DNA of 64,000 nt from Paraspadella gotoi. Its lineage: Eukaryota > Animalia > Chaetognatha. The notes under the pieces were generated by a model. It had not been told where the DNA came from. It saw nothing but the letters and a program-made list of their open reading frames with translations, and ran no database searches. The first letter of the stretch is position 1. Every line of letters begins with the position of its first letter. This document shows, one piece after another, positions 13,467 to 26,551 of this stretch. Made by a program: the position numbers and the translations under genes. The stretch covers positions 8,316,772-8,380,771 of the forward strand of contig CM119265.1 in the NCBI GenBank assembly GCA_051294375.1. Reading direction: 5' to 3'.

Positions 13467-16199
13467 TCAGGTTGTGTTGGGAAGGTTCATGCCTTGGAGG
13501 AGTCGGTCGCCCCACCAGGCCTCAAGATCGAGCGGCTCAAAGTTTTGCAAAAGAGGAGAATTTTGTGAATCCTAGAAAAGAACAAACAAGAAATTACAGC
13601 ATTAATGGGGTTAAATGGATGGGCCATTATCATAGATAAGGGTTTTTACCTTGTGATAGACCAACTTTTTCCTACTTCGGCTAGAGTCGTAAGACTCGAA
13701 TTCCTAAACACAATTAGTAATATCTTTGTTAAGTATACATACAGGGTTGGGATTCAAAACTTAGAATATGATTTACTATTAGATTTCAATATCAAATAAT
13801 TATGAAAATTGCAAAATTATTTGTTTCACTATTTTAAGTCTTAGATTTTATAATATTCATTAAAATTATATATTAAAAATTCTTTATTATATTTATTATT
13901 ATTTTTATTAATTTGGTTTTTGATAATCTAAATCTGAAAATATATTATTAATGGGAGAGGGTTGTTGGTATTGTCTTCTGGAGATAGAGGGAGCATCTAT
14001 ACAACATAAGGTTATATTACTTCCTGCCTTAGTTTATTATTTTATTTTATAATATATGAAAATAATCATTAATTTTTGCTTTTTCTGATGTAGGTTTTAT
14101 TTTTTTTTATCTTCGCCACAGAGAAGAGAACATTGGTTGAATATGCACTGCGCCGGTTTTTAGCTTAAAACCACTACTAAAATATGTTAACGTTCACTAT
14201 CTGTGTTATATTCTTAAAAAGGCCATTATGAACCGGAATAACTATTTTAAGTCGGAAAACCTTCCATTAAGCCAAGTCGATTAGAGCCATATATAAGCGT
14301 GCTGCATGCTGCAGCCGTTTGTAGTAGACTACAAACAAACAATATGCTTGCTGGTATCTCATTTCCGTGCTAAAAGGAAAATTCTAAAGAGCAAATAAAG
14401 AACTGAATTTAGAAATATTCCCTGGTTCTTCTTATCTTTACTATCCTATAGCCAATAAACCTGCAGCACTTTGAGAAGACCTATTTTATCCTGATTATTA
14501 AAATCAATTTTATTTTAAGATACTGTAAAAAATTTTTTTTTCTTAAGTTTATACTGTAGTGGCTTCATAATATCCACATCTAATTCAGCAGATGTGATTC
14601 TTTTGGGTGCTGTGACCGGAGCGTTTTTTGCAGAAGTTCTTATCTCAATGCATGCGATGCGTCACAAAATAGCAAAACGTTAGCTCCATTAAAATATATC
14701 CACTTACCTGTTGTACTTTCTGCCATTGGTCGGATATAAATCGTACCATTTCTTCGTGCTGAGGGGCAAGGGGTTCGGAATTCTGTCGGGGCAAGCCGGA
14801 GGATTTCCTGAAAAAAACAAAAGCTTAAGTGCAAAGGCATATAGTGCATTTTCTCTGTAAGCCTCAATTTACCCATTCGATTTCACCACATCACAGTAAT
14901 TTTCGAGCAAACTATCGAACCGATTACCTGTGGTGCTGTTGAAAAACCGGTCGCGGAGCACTCATGGCAGCGGCGTCGACGTCAGTAGACGAGGACGGCG
15001 AGTGAGCCGCCGCCGCAGCTCCAGGCGGACTTCCCGCGGGCGAATGTTTGTCTTTTCTCGTACGACTTGTTTCGAGTTAAATTCAAATGAGTTTTTTTAC
15101 GCAAGGTTCAAAAAATTTTAAAATTAGTATGAAATTGGTACAATCAATATAACAAGAACAGTAATTCAAATGTGTTGCGCCGCAGTGACTGCTTTATCAC
15201 GAGTATTTCTCATGATATTACATGACATGACGCTACTTGACATGATATGCGCTAGCAGACATTTAGATCTGTCTTAACAAATGAGGAATCATCAACTATA
15301 AGCAAATTATATGCATTTTTAACATAAGTGGGATAGACCGACGGACAGACATACCGACGGACCGAAAAGTGACTTAAATAGAGTTGCTCCGCGAGTACTC
15401 GCTTCGCAACTAAAAATTATCCATTCATTTAATAAATAAGCTGTCTTGCCCGTGACTTTGGGCAGGCTTTGGTGATTTAAGGCCTCCATCACACTTAGAA
15501 GCTTTCAATCAAGACTCCCAGAGTACCTGGCTTCTCTATCAATGAAGTGGTATAATATTTAAAAGAATGTTTCAATTGTATGAAAAGACCACTCCCTTAC
15601 TTAATCATTATTTACTATCACTTTTTTAACTAGTGAAGCACAGTATAACATTGAAGCATTTAAATATTTATAAATGCATAGGCAATGAAAACATTTTTTT
15701 TGTAAAAATTTTCTTTTTTAAGAATGGATTCAGATATCGCATAAAAAGTTGTCTACACAAAGTATAATGCGTTAATAATGGAAAAACTCTTTAAAATCAT
15801 CATCAGTGTACCATAATTTTTATAGTTTTTGCTAATTTTAATCATTAAAACATAAAAATTTGGGAATCTTGTAGTAATATTTTTTAATTTATTTTTTCAA
15901 GCTCTACCTTCATCCGTTAAAAATTCGAAATTTAATAAAAAATCTAATGATTTATAGTAATACGATAAACTTTAAATGCTTCTATGTTATTAACTATGTA
16001 TAAAATCTAAAACTTTTATAAATTTTGTTATCCCACAGGGATGCACTAACGTTATTTATACTACAGTTTTATAGTTTTTACTTTGTTCCGCCTTATTATT
16101 TACGATGCACCTGTTATCTTGCAGTACTTCCAATTGCTGATTGTAAGGTCGTCGGGTCTTCGCCGCTATCTTGCTTGGGCCGCGGGCAACTGTATACAT
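13467..16199 (-). CDS. MCRIP2: MCRIP/FAM195 family protein (multi-exon; not evident in the ORF track)
   Basis: Exon 16111-16199 MYTVARGPSKIAAKTRR; APRPVF near 14950; HEEMVRFISDQWQKV near 14710-14760; last exon PLLQNFEPLDLEAWWGDRLL...* ending at 13467. Internal exon boundaries are uncertain. Confidence 0.85.
13949..14036 (-). repeat. ~90-bp dispersed repeat, copy 2 (inverted relative to 1768-1858)
   Basis: Aligned by eye with 1768-1858. Confidence 0.75.
15151..15416 (+). mobile_element. HINE/DINE-1-like non-autonomous Helentron-type element, copy 1
   Basis: Starts AACAAG, has an internal GACG/GACA/GACC microsatellite and a 3' hairpin agttgc-(gcgagtactcgc)-gcaact followed by aaaaa; homologous to 34969-35290 and 36866-37163. 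Confidence 0.65.
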
Positions 16200-16763
16200 C
16201 GCTTCTGCTGAAAAATAAACCAACAAACATGTCGTTATATACGACTTTTTTAAATGTTAAATTTATCGCATTCGAAAAAAAAATGAAAGAGGTAGCGAAA
16301 AATATGACAGCAAAATACATAAGCCCCGTAAAAAAAGTAAAAATACTAAGACTAGTAAAATACATCGTAGCATCATCACTGGAAAGTCCCAAAGGAAATA
16401 GCACTTCGTGTTGTATAGATTATACGTAGTAGATTCCGGTACAAACATTAAATAAAAACAAGCATAGATCGCAATAACAGAGTTGGAATAGATTAAAAGG
16501 ATTATTATTAATACTCTTAACCAAACTATCGAAAAATCCATTACTGAACGGCAATGTAAAAAGAATAGAAACAGAATCAGCATCAAGCTGAGTGGAATAA
16601 TGATTGCGGACAGGGCGATTGAGACCATAGAAACAGAGATACATCGGCGATATCTTTAGAAGGGAGGACTCGGTAAATTTGAATTTAGTGGGCTTAAAAC
16701 GAACCGTCAATTTTCGAGAGGGTCGGCTCAAAGAGTATCGGGGGGGAAAGGGTTGGAATGTGA

Positions 16764-19700
16764 CTAGAAATTTAGCGTCGCTGAGGTGAGGAAAACCACG
16801 GAGCCGATCAAAGAGAAAAGTCCAATTCGCCACGTAACGTCGATCCGCGACGCCGCAGAGCATTCGGTCGTCACTGGTCGGACGCCGTCCACGCTGCACT
16901 CGCCGTCGTAGGGGCGGAGACGGAACAACTTGTTCAAGGGAACGTTTACTTTGCGAGTAACTCCGTCGACGACGCGGGTTTCCTCGCGACACACTGATCG
17001 ACGATCGACATTATCTTGGATGGGCAGTCTCGGAACCTTGCGAACGGGGCACTCCGAATGACACGAATCCGACTGAGACACGATGAGCAATAAGTTGGTG
17101 TCCTTGAGACGCGAGGCGCCGTACGATCGGGTACATGTGCAAGTGGAGACGTCTCCTACAAACGGAACGTTAAGGGGATAAAATCAAAAGTCGAGACCAT
17201 ACCAAAAGTTGCCCAGCCAAGCACTTACCTGTAAACAGCTGTTGTTCTTCAACAGCGGAACCGAATGTGTAAAAGGTCATATTTTTTACGCAGGGAACGA
17301 ATTCCGGCGGATCATCAGTAACTGTGGCGAAAGATTCCGACGCCCAAAACGTGGAAGAGGCGAAAAGAGATGTCGTCCACGACACAATGTTAACCTATAG
17401 AAGAGTATATAAACTATATAATATATATACAATATTTTCAAAGAAATAGTAAATAAACGTGCACACCAAGGAAGTGCAAACTAATTACCGGTGCCCATAG
17501 CGCAGAAGCCTTGGCCATCCACCAGGGTAGTGACAACAGGTCAAAAAATTTGAGCCACGGAATCCTCAACGACGACGGGGCATCACTAAAGTACTTCGTC
17601 TCGACCTTGCACTGCGCGCGAAAGTCGTACTGGACCAATCCCCTGAAGACGTTCTGCGCGATGAGAGACTGCATTAACACGGCATCCGTGTCGCCGTAAA
17701 ATTTGCCCACGTCAGCGGGCGCCTGATAGGATAATTAGATACTTTTATAAATCATTCTAGTTCTTTATTATAATGAATAACCCGACAAAACAACTGCCTG
17801 ACAAACCTGATTGGAATAAACCACAAATCCTCCTTCGTCCAATAAGAAGCACATAGTCAGGTCCTTTTCCTTGCAGTCGGTGTCGACGCTGCGGAGCTGA
17901 TCGTGGATGATTTGTTCAAGGAAAGAAGATTCAATGCCGACGCCAACGATGGCCGGGACAGATCCCGACTGAATCGAAAGGGGCCTCAGCGCCACCACAG
18001 AACCGCTAGAGGGCGTGAATGTCCAAGCAGAGGGTCGGGTGATGGTCAGCTTGAGAACTTCTTCTGTGAGGACGATTTTTCTACCTAAAATTAAGGAATT
18101 CGAAAAATTAAAACAAGAAATAATGCAATAGGGTATTGTATGGCACCTTTCGGAAAAATCCTTTGCACTCCTGCGACACCTCGTACGAACATAAAATCGG
18201 CGACTGAGTTATTTTCGCTCCACGAATTATCAGCTAATGAAGAGCTCAGAGCGTCAAGGACAGTCAGGCGTTTCCTGTCCGCGTCACAGACGTCCACAAT
18301 CCCCGTCACGTTTTGGCATTGGGGAAAGACTGGGCATGGCGTGATCAGTTCGGTGAGGTCGCATTTTACTTCGGAGGCTTTATTTGACACGTCGAACTGG
18401 CTCACGACTTTTTTCTCCAGATTTGTGCCAACTGGCAAAGCGAACCCAAGCACGTAGGGCGTTTCCGGATCGCCGATTTGGGTGGAAAAGAAATCGCGGT
18501 TGAAACATTGGACGTAGCTGGAACGTCGCTGGCACAAGTTGTAATCAACCGTGGAGCCCACGTTGTTTTGCACGTTTTGAATCAAGTTTTTTCGCAACGC
18601 CTGCGGATAATTAAATGAGGATCATGGTCAAAAATTTTTGGTATTTGGATAATATAAAATAGCTTCCATGCGTTTAACTATAAGATAAATCTTCGTAAAG
18701 CTTCCTTTCTTTTCGTTGCTAGAGTTTAATCTTCACATTCTTTTTTTCACATTCTTTTCACAATCTCACTCACTCTATTCTTATCTGAACCTGTCCTCAC
18801 CTCCTTTCTTCTTCTTCTTCTTCTTTTTCTTTTTCTTCCTTCTCACTGTCCTTTTTTCTCAAATCATTGTTGGCAACTTTTAACCTAACCTCTCTCTCTC
18901 TCTCATTTTTTCCTTAAAAAATTTTCACAATTTGTCAAACGCGCTGAAGGTTTGAAAATTAAACCGAAACAAGTCCGATAATAAATGTTAACTCGTTGTT
19001 GAAATGAAAATAAAATCTCTACAAGACAAATCTTATTTTTTTTTAATTTTCACGATCTTTAAACACATTAACAGCATTTATACCGGACTTCTCTTAGTTT
19101 GTAACCTGTTCCGCCTTAATATCTCTAACAGAGGGATATCTCTGTTGTGATGATGGTTACCCTGATTATACATGACATCGGTTACTATAGGTTCATATAG
19201 GTTACTATAGGTTCATACTATAATTAAAGGAATAAACTAGCAATTATGACAATTAAATCATTAATTATTTAACCATTAATCGAACCACAAATAAACATGA
19301 TCATTTACTAATGTAAAATAATAATATTAAACCTTTAAGGTAATAGAATAAAAATTTATCAAAGCTTAATCAGAATACGACAATATGCAAATGAGATTGA
19401 GGAACTCAATTCACAAATTAATCTGCTACATATCCACCTTAATGAGGTCTTCGTCCGCTTTAGTGTTCTCACGCGGCCACAGGTCCATGAAGTCGACTTC
19501 GGGCATCGATTGAAGGTATTCATTAGCGTCGCCAGGAAGATCGCCAAAGTAGATGGCGTGCCCGTTTCGGTTAATGATAAACGCTAGTCCTATTGGACCC
19601 CAGACAGCAACCGGAAACAGCGCTGTTAATTCGCGAATGGCTACGTCTACGCCAGCCACACCCTGGAAGCTTAACTTTCCTTCCGAATCATCTCGAAAGA

Positions 19701-22230
19701 CTGGAAGGGTGGCGGAAATAGTTTGAAGGCCAGTGACGGCGTGAGGGTAAGCGGCTGTCCAGCGGAGAGAATTCTTGTGCTTGTCGCCCAACGGCTGGCT
19801 CAGGGTATCGAAATACTGCTGCGTCTTGCTCCTGACCGCCCCCATAGCGGGAATGTAGGCGAAATCCCCACCATTTTCGCAAGCCATCAACTGACGAATT
19901 GATAAACAAGAAAACAAAATCTAAAAAAAAGATTAACAAATGTATAAACAACGCAGATACTCAACCTTCATCAAGGCAGTTTCCCTAGCGGTAAGGCCCA
20001 TGGCGTAAGTAAAGATTTTGACATAATTGTCGCGGTTTTTCTTCAAGAATAGCTCGTCGGGATAGTCAGTGACGGCGTCGGTGAGCACCATGATAACTCG
20101 ATTACACTTAGCGCTTTGATAGCCCAAGTCAGCCGATGCACTAGTCCCGTTGTCAAAATGGTCGTAAAGATCGAAAGCGTACTCAAAGACCTACAAACCA
20201 TTAAAAGGATGTTAAAAAAGGAGAAAAAACCGATAGGACAAAAAAACAATATTTGAAAACGAAATCTTATATTTAGCAACACCAATTTCACTCGCCTCTT
20301 GAAAATTGGCCATCCCTTCCGGGGAAAGATCGTCGAGCGCGTGGACGAACTTTTTCTTGTTCGGCGCCGTCGCTTGAACGAATTGGGGGAAGCAGTCGAC
20401 AATGTGAAATGTTGCTCCTTCGTCTGAACTTGTTGGAAAACGGGCCACCTAGTATCAGTATGGAAGTGTTAACTTTCATTGCGATAAATCAGCTATTTTT
20501 GTTCAAACGATGACGGACCTGTAGGAAGTCGTTGTCGTCGAGCGTGTCGATCAACGACTTGACGGCGAAAATCAGAAGCTCCAGCGTCTGTCCTTTGACG
20601 CTGCCGCTGGTGTCAACAAGAATGAGCATATTCTTCGGCAAGCTAGACCCCTGATGAAAAGGAAATATTGCTAGAGAGCTGGCCGGCTGGATCTAGCTTT
20701 TAAAACGAGACAGGACAACTTTATATGTTCCAAGTAATTTCCGCCACCCTGAAAAACTTACAACGGTGAAGGGAGGACGTCTCCGGATGTCGAAAGTATC
20801 AATGACGTCGGGATCCGGCCATCTACTTCCCGGAAAAAACCGCAAGACCCCAGAAGTACTGCCAAAATACTGCCATCCCACGCTAGAGTCCTCTATTACG
20901 TTACGGCGCCAGACATCGTCGAGACCAATAGTCCAATTGACCACGTGAAGCACTTCTTGCGAATGTTCCCAGACGTCGACCGGCGTATGGATAACGGATC
21001 GATTTATCGATGGTCGTTTTAGATTGGGTTCAATTCTGATGTAAAGCAAGAAATGAAAAGCAATGAAAAGAAAAAGCTCCCCCGTGTCCGTTCGCGAGTG
21101 ATACCAAAAAAATCTTTACTATAGTTTAAATATTTAATAAATATAATTCATAAGTATATCATTAGTTGGAGAAATACTGGACGTTTTTTATGTATAAGTT
21201 TTATTTCGTGTTTAATTCATTTACTATTCTATGTTTAATTTTTTATCTAACACTGTAAAATTGGCGAAAAAAGACCATTTTAGCCTAAAATTTAGGAATG
21301 TTCTTGATTGAATTTAAAAAAAAAATTACATCATAAGAAATCCATATTAATGGTCTAATCAATGGCGTATCTGAATTATCGTAATGTTGATTAATTTCTG
21401 AATAATGATTTTTTATTTTTGTTTTGAATATATATTTTATATCGTAAGGATTCCCAGATAATTTTTAATTTAATGGTAATAATCAATTTTAATAATTTTA
21501 AGTAATTAATGAATAATTAATTTATAATGATTTTCTTTTTTTAAAAGATTCAGTTTTTTACTGAAGATGAAATTGGATGACCATTAAAGAAAGGTTATTT
21601 TACATAAGTAAATATCAAACTAATCTTATGAAATTAAACTATAATAAACGTCAAGTACTTTGCTATAGAATGAGGAGAGAAAATTTAAAAAATATTTATC
21701 CAATGAGAAATGGTACTCATTTTTTGGGTGTCACTCGCGAACGGACACGGGGTAGCAAGAGAGAAAAAGGAAGATACAAGTGACAGAAGAGCATCGTCAG
21801 TAACGACTGTAACTCACTGAGCGTCTTTAAAGGCGACGCTCATCTTGGCGTCTAGTTGGTCGAGATTGACATCGGGGACATCGTCGGCAAAAGAATGGTC
21901 AGTAGCGAGGCTTTTGGCTTGGGCCACGACGGCCTGGAGTTGGTTACGGCGTCGTTTCAAAAGTTCTTGGACGGCTTCGCGAGTTTCAGTAACGAGAGAG
22001 AGAGATTCAACGGATTCGTGGACGACGAATTTTGCGTCGTTGGCGCCGTACGAATTGTCGATCTCTTGGAACCGCGAGACGGCGTCCAGTTGGCGAGTTA
22101 ATTCCACGACCAAGGATTTGCTCCAGTCGCCCACAAGCTCGAATTGACTCGAATCGGCGGAAGGAGAGAAGGCGATGCAAAAGAGAAGAAAGGCGAAAAG
22201 GCACGACGGTGATTGCGAGGCGAAAACCAT
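16764..22230 (-). CDS. CACNA2D: Voltage-gated calcium channel alpha2/delta subunit
   Basis: Signal peptide, VGWQYFGSTSGVLRFFPG, VWA MIDAS ILVDTSGSV, Cache domains (WTAAY...GVAGVDV; CFLLDEGGFVV) and C-terminal CSAAS plus hydrophobic tail (GPI-like). Confidence 0.9.
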
Positions 22231-22621
22231 TTTGATTTTTTTTGTTTTTTTCAAAGCAGCACTGGATGATTACGAAGCAAAAGCATCGCCAAAGAAACGT
22301 TTCGTTTTTTGTTTTTTAAGGCAAGGCGTGGTGATCCGTCAGATCATTATTATGGGCAGATACAATATACACAACTGTTTCGACATTGGCGAAAAACAAA
22401 TTTAAAAATGAAAACGACTAAAGAAGATGAGGAACAAGCATCCTTAATTATGGCGGAGTAATGAAAAGATGGGCGAAAAAAAAAGTAATGAAATGAACGA
22501 CGATAGTCCACTCCACACACGTTAAAGTTTATCACAAATCTTTGCTTTATTTCGTCGCTGTTCGTCGGAAAGAGCTGGCTTGTTAGTCAAAAAACTAAAT
22601 TTAACCTAAAAAATCCTTTCC

Positions 22622-25600
22622 TCACGTTCTGGAGTCCATCCCATCGGCGGGAGATCTTTTATCTAATCTATCCCGTTGCTTAGGGACCATTACACGCTCC
22701 TTATCACTTACTGTGACTTCGTGCAAGATGTTGCGAAACCTGTATTAATAACGTGATTTTCATTTGTGATGTTCGAACGTTCTTCATAACTTTCCTCTTA
22801 TATTATACCTGTATTTTATATAAAGTGACTTTTCTTCTCCGATGCAAGGATCATAAAATCCGGGCAAGGAACTTTTGCTGCCTTCCGTGAGGATTTGCAG
22901 CTTCGAATCTTTAACCTTTACAAATGAGCAAAACAGTTAGAGATACGTATATTTGAAAAAAAAAGTATAATGATCTCGACAGATGTTACCATCAAAGAAA
23001 ATTAATGAAAAAATCTTAAAAGCACAAAGATCCATCTGTAAAGATCTTACTTGATAAAATTTTTGGTAAAATATATCGAAACTAGTTTTATGCATAAAAG
23101 GCATGAAAAACTTTTATACTCCAACAAAAACATTTATTTGATACAGGAAAACTAATTTTTATAAATAACAAACATTGCTTAATATATATAAAATAAAATT
23201 AGTTTAGAAGTATAAAAACAAAACGAATATCCAATGACAGAAGGATAAACAGACACAAAATTCGAGAAATAAATCGAGAGAGGAAAAAAAAGAGAAAAAC
23301 CAGTTTTGCAATGTAAAATAATAACAAACGCGACTGCGAATTCCATGCTGATTTAAAAATTTTTTTTAATAAAAAACAAAGAGAATAAAGAAATAGAGAG
23401 ATATAGAGAGAGAGATAGGGAGACATGTAACTTTCAGTTTGGCCCCTGCAAAGATCCACTCATCACACATAAATCATAATTTATAGTAGTTTTTTATATA
23501 AAAATAGATGATTGTTTTGTAAATCAAACAAACAAATATGAAACATTATAGCAACAGCCGGGTTGCCTATGATGTTCATTGGGATGGGGCATCTCACTGT
23601 TGGCTTTGGGGTCTTGCGACCCTCAGTGACGCCTCCTGTCACTGGAGCGGTTACACTAGGACGGTCTCGCTTTGCCAACGCAGAGGGAAATCGTGAGGGC
23701 TGTTGATGGAACAACGCTTGGGATGGTGTGTTCCCCCTCTGAGCCAAAGGGATTGGCTGAACGATGGTGGATGATAGGCGGTGTGTATATACCGCCACAA
23801 CATGTTATTTTAAAAGAACTTAATGATGAGAAACCATATCTTAATTTTTAGCTTCCTACAATCAAACTTTGATAATATTCAATTGTAAAAAAGCGTGACA
23901 ACGACGACCACCACGTCGTCACTAAATCACTAAATCTCGCCCAAAACAGGTCGAGGCCTGTCTGACGAGATAAAAAACAAAAAATTAAATATAGTCAGAC
24001 CTGATACTGAACAGGAACTGTCACATCTATGCATTTGCCGTCTTCGAATTCGTCGGAAACGAATTTTCCGTAAATTGCTCGTAAAATAATGACGCCTGAG
24101 AACGAGCAAAATTTAGATTTTTTTTTTTTTGGTAAGTAGAAGAGAAAAACGAAGTGTAGAAAGCCAAGCGTCACGCCCACCTCGTTTCGACTCCTCCTCC
24201 CTGACGACCTTTGCCACCGTCTCGGTCATGAGCTCCACCGCCATTTGCGCCTCCTTCCGAATTCGCGTCATTCGCTCGCTCTGGTTCTCCTGCTTCTTTT
24301 TCAGCTCCTTGTCCTTTTGTCTCTTGAGGTAGGGATTCACTATGAGGACTCGCACAATGTTGTAGGCGGCGATGGGGACGATGGTTCCGTAAAAAATGGC
24401 GGAAGGACTTACGAAATCCGCTAGAATTACCTGGCGGGTAAGTTCGTCTTTTCAGACGCATGCGACGAAAACGTCGTGGTGGTCAACGAAGCTTGAAAAG
24501 ATCACCCACCTGAAATATGTAATTTTGATTGGCTCTGGCCAAACGGATCTTCAACGACACCCCTTGCGGGAAGGCGACGTTGACGGCAAAGTCGATGGCA
24601 GAGTTGGCGGAGATCTGCTTTTCGGCGCCGCAAGCGACGACTCCGCCCATAGTGCCGTACTTGAGAAGTGTCTTCAGCTTTAGTCCATGGTCGGGGATTT
24701 TGTGAACGGCGTTGAGGGACAAGAAAGAGGTGGGAACGCCGAGCTGCGCCGAGGCCGTCAAGTGGTTACGGTCTGTCTCGTAGACTATCTGCGCGGACAT
24801 GGAACTCTGAAAAAAGCGAAAAATAAGCTGAAAACTTCTGTAAATCGTGAGGAATAATATAATTTATGCAAATATTCCCCCCGCTTTCAAACCTGGGTGC
24901 CTGCTCGCCACGATATCGTTCCGTGGACGTTCTTATCTAGCTGCCGCATTAACGAGACGTTTAAGCCCGCTCTAACTCCGACGGGAGTCATCTGAAAGTT
25001 AATTGATAGAAATGTTTAAAGATATGTTTAGTTTTGGCCAACTCAACTCAGTAAATTCCACGAAAGAGACCAACTTGCAAAGTCCCCGACATTTGAAGGT
25101 GCATCCGTTGACCTAGATTGTGAAAATATCGGACGGTGCCGACGCCGCCGTCGCCCGCGGACATTTCCATCTCTGCCCACGACTTTTCGTCCAATATTCG
25201 ACGGACGTTAACACCCACGCTGCCACCGCCCGTGCCGTTCTGCGTCGTCAGGCTGCCCATCAGAGTCGCCGTGTCCGACGTCGTTAAAGGACAATCCACA
25301 GACTGAGAAATGCTGGAAAAATAAAAAAAGGAAAGAATGCCGATGACGGCTTTGCCTGGATTCAGGTTCGGTAAAGGCTAATCTCTTTCATACCTCAACG
25401 AGGAAAGCTCGATATTGGGAAAGGAATAGTCGGAGTGATCGTAGTGGTAGTGACTGTCGTAAGGGCTGAAGAGTTCAGTGGCGTCAATTCCTACGCTCAT
25501 CGACCCTTTCGGATTCGTCCTTTGATTCAAGCGTCTTTCCTCACGTTCCTGCGGCAATATTTATAGATTTATATTATGGATTATGTATAGTTAAAATCTG

Positions 25601-26108
25601 TTAATTTTTTACTAATTCAAAGCATCCGTTATACTTGAGCCAGCCTCTCGTACTCCTCCCGAATTTCTTGTGGGGTTTTTGTTCGTTGAACGATTTCCCA
25701 CCCGTCGGTCTCGAGGCCTTTGACGCCCATGGTGTCGTAGATGGCGCGGCGGTGGGCGTCGCAGAGAACCTCGTGCGCTTTTTTCGCTTTGTCGAAAAGC
25801 ATCTCGGCCTGAAGAAATTAATTCGGGAAAGCGAATATTATATTATATTTCGTTATGATTGGTCATTATCGATTCACTTTTTTCTTTTGTTTCGCGTCCG
25901 TATGTCTATCCGGGTGATAGAGTCGACTAAGCTGACGGAAGGCTGCGTTAATTTCTTCTTTCGTCGCATCCTGATCAAAAGGAACAGATTTCTTTAGTCC
26001 AGTAATTAGCTAATTTTCACTAAACTTTACCTTCCGAACGTTGAGAATAGAGTAGTAATTTTCCTCTATCGTTTCCTCCTCGTGGTCCGATGATTCGCCC
26101 TCTGACAT
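22622..26108 (-). CDS. DNAJC11: DnaJ homologue subfamily C member 11
   Basis: [10 protein letters not shown]...YHPD J-domain, [48 protein letters not shown]. Confidence 0.92.
23426..23802. mobile_element. Possible solo LTR or GC-rich insertion in a DNAJC11 intron
   Basis: Begins TGTAAC and ends ...CCACA(ACA); GC-rich core in an AT-rich intron; no clean TSD. Confidence 0.3.
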
Positions 26109-26551
26109 TTTCGTCGCGCCAGATCTTTTGTTTTATTAAATTTTAGAGGGCTAAGTTTTTATACCACCGCGTTTTATTAATACAAAGCGTTAACAACGGC
26201 ATCGCGAAAATCCGTTTCTGGGGATGCCCATCAAAACAAATAAACAAAAAAGCTGTAAACAAATAAAATAACATGCGGTAGAAGATAGTAACAAATAACG
26301 CGAGCGAGTTACAACCGTAATGTGAGACTAACTTTCCTTACAGTAAAATACGTGAAATTACGTTAAATATTGCAATTCATTTTGGGTCTTAAACCATTCT
26401 TCTTACTGATTAATAAAAATGTACGAGATAAGCAGATCCAACTAGTCACTTAGTGACGTTTCATAGAAAAACTAAAGAGTAAAGAAAGATAAAATGTAAC
26501 ACTTATCACAGAGGTCGCCAATGGCGGAATGAATGCGTAAATAATAAAAAT

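Noticed and set aside
16263-16628. Hydrophobic 121-aa minus-strand ORF and the overlapping 16114-16404 ORF, resembling a membrane protein
   Set aside because: T-rich spacer or 3' UTR sequence yields hydrophobic translations; the second ORF overlaps MCRIP exon 1 in another frame.
16420-16992. 190-aa Arg-rich ORF as the CACNA2D C-terminus
   Set aside because: The frame ending at 16764 has the expected Cys...CSAAS plus hydrophobic GPI-like end.
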